Assembly (NCBI GenBank): GCA_964561235.1
Contig: CAZLOV010000003.1
Coordinates: 1-45,904 of the forward strand
DNA: 45,904 nt
Reading direction: 5' to 3'
From: an uncultured Caulobacterales bacterium
GTDB taxonomy: Bacteria; Pseudomonadota; Alphaproteobacteria; Caulobacterales; Maricaulaceae
A program made the position numbers and the translations under genes. Each line of letters opens with the position of its first letter. Positions within the stretch are counted from its first letter, which is position 1. This document shows, piece after piece, positions 43,340 through 45,904 of this stretch. The notes beneath the pieces are model-generated. The model searched no databases. It was not told where the DNA came from and saw only the letters and a program-made list of their open reading frames with translations.

Positions 43340-43621
43340 GTGACGCTGATGATCCCCCAGCCGCAAGCCGATCTCCGATTTGAATCCGCCGAGGCCGCCG
43401 CACCGGCCGCGCGCACCGCGCCCAAACCGGCCGACGCGCACGCCGTCTCCGTGCGCTCGCCTGCGCGCGACATGATCGAGGCGCTTGAAGGCGGCCTGTC
43501 CGAACCGGCTCCGCTGCCCTGTGAAGCGCGCTGGAGCCCGCGGCTGGTGACGCTGTCCGTACTGGTTTTCTGCGGCGGCTTCTGGATCGGCGCCGGCGTT
43601 CTTTTGAGCCGCCTGTTCTAG
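43340..43621 (+). CDS. Hypothetical small protein with a single C-terminal TM segment
   Basis: GTG 9 nt after AGAGGA, with GC-rich third positions. C-terminal LVTLSVLVFCGGFWIGAGVLLSRLF. No family recognised. The longer 43229 start would overlap the phosphatase gene. Confidence 0.35.
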   Translation: MTLMIPQPQADLRFESAEAAAPAARTAPKPADAHAVSVRSPARDMIEALEGGLSEPAPLPCEARWSPRLVTLSVLVFCGGFWIGAGVLLSRLF

Positions 43622-43627
43622 GCAGGC

Positions 43628-45280
43628 TCAGGCGTCCGGCAGACAGACCTCGACCCGGAACACGGCGCCTTCGCCTTCCCGGCTTCTCAGCGAAATGTCG
43701 CCGTCCATCAGCCGCGCCAGCGCGCGCGCGATCGCGAGCCCCAGTCCGGAGCCGCCATGACGGCGGGAGGGCTGGCTGTCCGCCTGCATGAACCGTTCGA
43801 AGATCACAGGCTGAAGCGCTTCCGGAACGCCCGGTCCGGTGTCGGTCACCTCGAAGGCGTATCGCCCGGCGCCGAGCGCCTCGGCGTGAAGGCTGATCGC
43901 GCCTTCTTCGGTGAACTTCGCCGCGTTGCCGAGCAGGTTGATCAGCACCTGGCGCAGACGGCGCGCGTCTCCGCGCACGCGCGGCGCGCCGGCGCGTTCG
44001 ATATCGACGGCGAAGGCGAGGCCCTTCGCCTCGGCGACCCCGCGCACGGCGTCGGCGGCCTGCAGGAGCGCGGCGCGCAGGTCGAACGCCGCGCATTCAA
44101 GCTCCAGGCGGTCGGCCTCGATCTTGGAATAGTCGAGCACGTCTTCGATCTGTTCGAGCAGCGCGTCTCCGGAACTCATCAGCGTGTTCAGATAACGCTG
44201 CTGGCGGGCATCCAGCGGGGTCCGCCCGAGAAGCTGCGCCATGCCGAGCACGCCGTTGAGCGGCGTGCGGATCTCATGGCTCATGTTCGCGAGGAAACGC
44301 GACTTCGCCTCGCTCGCCTGTTCGGCCCGGTCGCGGCTCTCTCGCAAGGCGGCCTCAAGCGCCTTCTCGTCGGAGATGTCCTGGATCGTTCCGCAGAGAA
44401 GCCGCGGGCGGCCTTCGGCGTCCAGCTCGGCGACGCGGCCGAAGACCCGCACCCATTTGTATTCCTTCTTTCCGGTGAGGACCCGTCCGTCGAGCTGATA
44501 GCGCATGGAGGGATCGGCCATGTGCCGGCGCGTCGTCTCCAGCACGTGTTCGGCGTCGTCCGGGTGCAGTCCGCGCTCGAACGCCTCCCAGCTGAGGGCC
44601 AGTTCGGGCGCGTCCACGTCGAGGATCGCGCCCGCCCGGTGATCCCAGACGCTCCGGCCGGTTGCAACCTCGCATTGCCAGATGCCCAGCTGCGCGGCGT
44701 CCGCGGCCGCTTTCTGCAGCAGCTCGGCGCGCTCCATGCGCGCGCGCACGCCGGCGCGCTCGGTTTCGAGCGCGCGCGCATGCACCAGATTGCCCGCCGT
44801 CACCAGCAGAGGCTCGAGAAAATCGACGATCGCCTGATCGTACCCGCCGGGGCGGTTGGCGATGCCGGCCATCCCGATCATCCGCCCGCCGAAGAGGATG
44901 GGCAGCCCGAGAAAGCTGTGAAGGGGCGGATGACCGGGCGGCAGGCCGCCGGAGGCCGCGTGCGAGGCCGCCGCGTTGGCGATCAGCACTTCGCCGGTCC
45001 GGATGACCCGGCCGAACAACGTGTCCAGATTGTCGAACACCATGCCCGTTTCGACATGGTCGCCGTAGTGTTTGCGCGTCTCGGCGTTCCAGGCGATGTC
45101 GGTGATCGCGAAGGTGACGAGATGACGCCGGCCGGCCTCGTCCTCGCGGATCTCGCCGATGAACCCGAATTCGCTGCCGGTGGTCTGCAGCAGCCCGTCC
45201 AGCAGCTGATCGAAGGCCTCGCGATTGGTGCTGAGCGGGTCGAGAAACCCCTTCTGCACGCGCGTCAACACGTCGAGCAT
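43628..45280 (-). CDS. Cytoplasmic sensor histidine kinase, GAF-PAS-HisKA-HATPase_c
   Basis: No TM segment. GAF-like N-domain (FGFIGEI...LGLPILFGGRMIGMAGIANRP), PAS (LGIWQCEV...WVRVFGRV...GTIQDISDEK), H-box FLANMSHEIRTPLNGV, N-box LINLLGNAAKFT, G-boxes DTGPGV and GGSGLGLAIA. ATG at 45280. Confidence 0.85.
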   Translation of the reverse strand: MLDVLTRVQKGFLDPLSTNREAFDQLLDGLLQTTGSEFGFIGEIREDEAGRRHLVTFAITDIAWNAETRKHYGDHVETGMVFDNLDTLFGRVIRTGEVLIANAAASHAASGGLPPGHPPLHSFLGLPILFGGRMIGMAGIANRPGGYDQAIVDFLEPLLVTAGNLVHARALETERAGVRARMERAELLQKAAADAAQLGIWQCEVATGRSVWDHRAGAILDVDAPELALSWEAFERGLHPDDAEHVLETTRRHMADPSMRYQLDGRVLTGKKEYKWVRVFGRVAELDAEGRPRLLCGTIQDISDEKALEAALRESRDRAEQASEAKSRFLANMSHEIRTPLNGVLGMAQLLGRTPLDARQQRYLNTLMSSGDALLEQIEDVLDYSKIEADRLELECAAFDLRAALLQAADAVRGVAEAKGLAFAVDIERAGAPRVRGDARRLRQVLINLLGNAAKFTEEGAISLHAEALGAGRYAFEVTDTGPGVPEALQPVIFERFMQADSQPSRRHGGSGLGLAIARALARLMDGDISLRSREGEGAVFRVEVCLPDA

Positions 45281-45361
45281 CAAGGTGACGGACGCCGGAT
45301 CGGTCGCATGACGCACGCCGCAACTCCTTTCCACCAGGCGCGGCGGCGCGAGTCGCTGCGC

Positions 45362-45394
45362 ATGAACTTGTATGGAGCATAATGAACAGCATAA
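45362..45394. promoter_or_regulatory. AT-rich patch with short direct repeats in the kinase / cyclase divergent intergenic region
   Basis: ATGAAC occurs at 45362-45367 and 45382-45387. AGCATAA occurs at 45376-45382 and 45388-45394. This is the only AT-rich patch in a 215-nt GC-rich spacer. A candidate operator or promoter element; function not established. Confidence 0.25.
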
Positions 45395-45495
45395 GGGTTC
45401 AAAGGGTGTTGACGCGCTGCGCCGCATCGCATCGCCGCCCTGGCCCGGTATTCCTTGATCATGCGGCGTGTCCGCGCCGTCCGTGGGAGCAGCCC

Positions 45496-45904
45496 ATGAT
45501 CGCGCCCGACGTCGATCTCGCCATTCTGGGAGGCGGCCTCGCCGGTCTCTCGCTTGCCGAGCAGTTGTCCGCCCCGGACGCGCCGGCGCTGTCGGTCGCA
45601 GTGATTGAGCCGCGCACGGGCCCCTTGCCCGCGCGGACCTGGTGTTTCTGGCGGCCCAGGCGGTGGGATCTGGACACTCTGGTCAGCGCGCGTTGGGCGC
45701 GATGGCGGATCGAGGGTCCGGCGGGCGCGGTCGAACAGGACGGCGTCCGGTACGCCTACCAGGCTGTGCCCAGCGCGCTGTTCGAGGCGCGACTTCTCAT
45801 CGAGCCGAGCGCTATCCGGTACTTCGGGGAGCGCATCACCGACGCGCACCTTTCGAAACTCCGGAGGATCAATCAAAGGATTGCGGATCTTGCGGTCGGG
45901 AACC
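45496..45904 (+). CDS. Lycopene cyclase family protein (CrtY-like), 3' end outside window
   Basis: This ORF is not in the supplied track because it runs off the window. My translation from ATG 45496: MIAPDVDLAILGGGLAGLSLAEQL...IEPRTGPLPARTWCFW... The FAD/NAD Rossmann motif plus the TWCFW block is what I associate with the lycopene cyclase family (PF05834). Confidence 0.55.
   Translation, partial: MIAPDVDLAILGGGLAGLSLAEQLSAPDAPALSVAVIEPRTGPLPARTWCFWRPRRWDLDTLVSARWARWRIEGPAGAVEQDGVRYAYQAVPSALFEARLLIEPSAIRYFGERITDAHLSKLRRINQRIADLAVGN

Noticed and set aside
1-45904. A scan for CRISPR arrays, transposase/integrase genes, toxin-antitoxin pairs and recognisable phage-defence genes.
   Set aside because: I saw no spacer-repeat periodicity, no terminal inverted repeats, no DDE, tyrosine or serine recombinase motifs, and no nuclease, ATPase or defence signatures in any plausible ORF.

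Overview
High-GC (roughly two-thirds G+C by eye) alphaproteobacterial-looking chromosomal window. No rRNA, tRNA, CRISPR array, transposase or integrase was recognised. All family calls rest on motif recognition in the translations, since no database search was possible.

Gene content, left to right:
1. The edge of a photosynthesis gene cluster: bchG (5' truncated by the window), a PucC/LhaA-type MFS gene, bchP and a small coupled ORF, all chained by 4-nt start/stop overlaps.
2. On the minus strand, a lipoprotein-anchored c2-type cytochrome c with a long acidic Ala-rich tether, and an HdeD/DUF308-like membrane protein.
3. A lipoprotein resembling a free subtilisin propeptide (I9-like), followed by a 1191-aa secreted S8 subtilase. 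Its C-terminal third is four tandem copies of a ~117-aa two-cysteine domain I cannot assign to any family.
4. A homocysteine S-methyltransferase, a three-gene RND efflux operon (adaptor, pump, NodT-type outer-membrane factor), and an FMN-dependent alpha-hydroxy-acid dehydrogenase.
5. A ~26 kb Wzx/Wzy-type surface-polysaccharide locus (17.1-43.3 kb). It encodes a flippase, six classical glycosyltransferases (GTs), a phosphoribosyltransferase-HAD (haloacid-dehalogenase-type phosphatase) fusion, rfbF plus an SDR (short-chain dehydrogenase/reductase) enzyme plus two tandem TylCIII-like C-methyltransferases, a pyruvyl transferase and galE. It also encodes two Wzy/O-antigen-ligase-like proteins, a very short Wza-type OPX (outer-membrane polysaccharide export) protein, a separate outer-membrane beta-barrel, a Wzc-type tyrosine kinase co-polymerase, an ExoY-like initiating transferase and a PPP-family metallophosphatase.
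6. A cytoplasmic GAF-PAS histidine kinase, divergent from the 5' end of a lycopene-cyclase-family gene.

Best candidates for something undescribed:
- The I9-like lipoprotein plus S8 protease carrying the unassigned four-fold repeat domain.
- Three non-canonical modules in the polysaccharide locus: a PRPP-type ribofuranosyl module; a CDP-hexose branch with two C-methyltransferases and no recognisable 4,6-dehydratase; and a short OPX with a partner beta-barrel plus a PPP phosphatase where Wzb would normally sit.

None of these can be called novel without HMM or structure searches.
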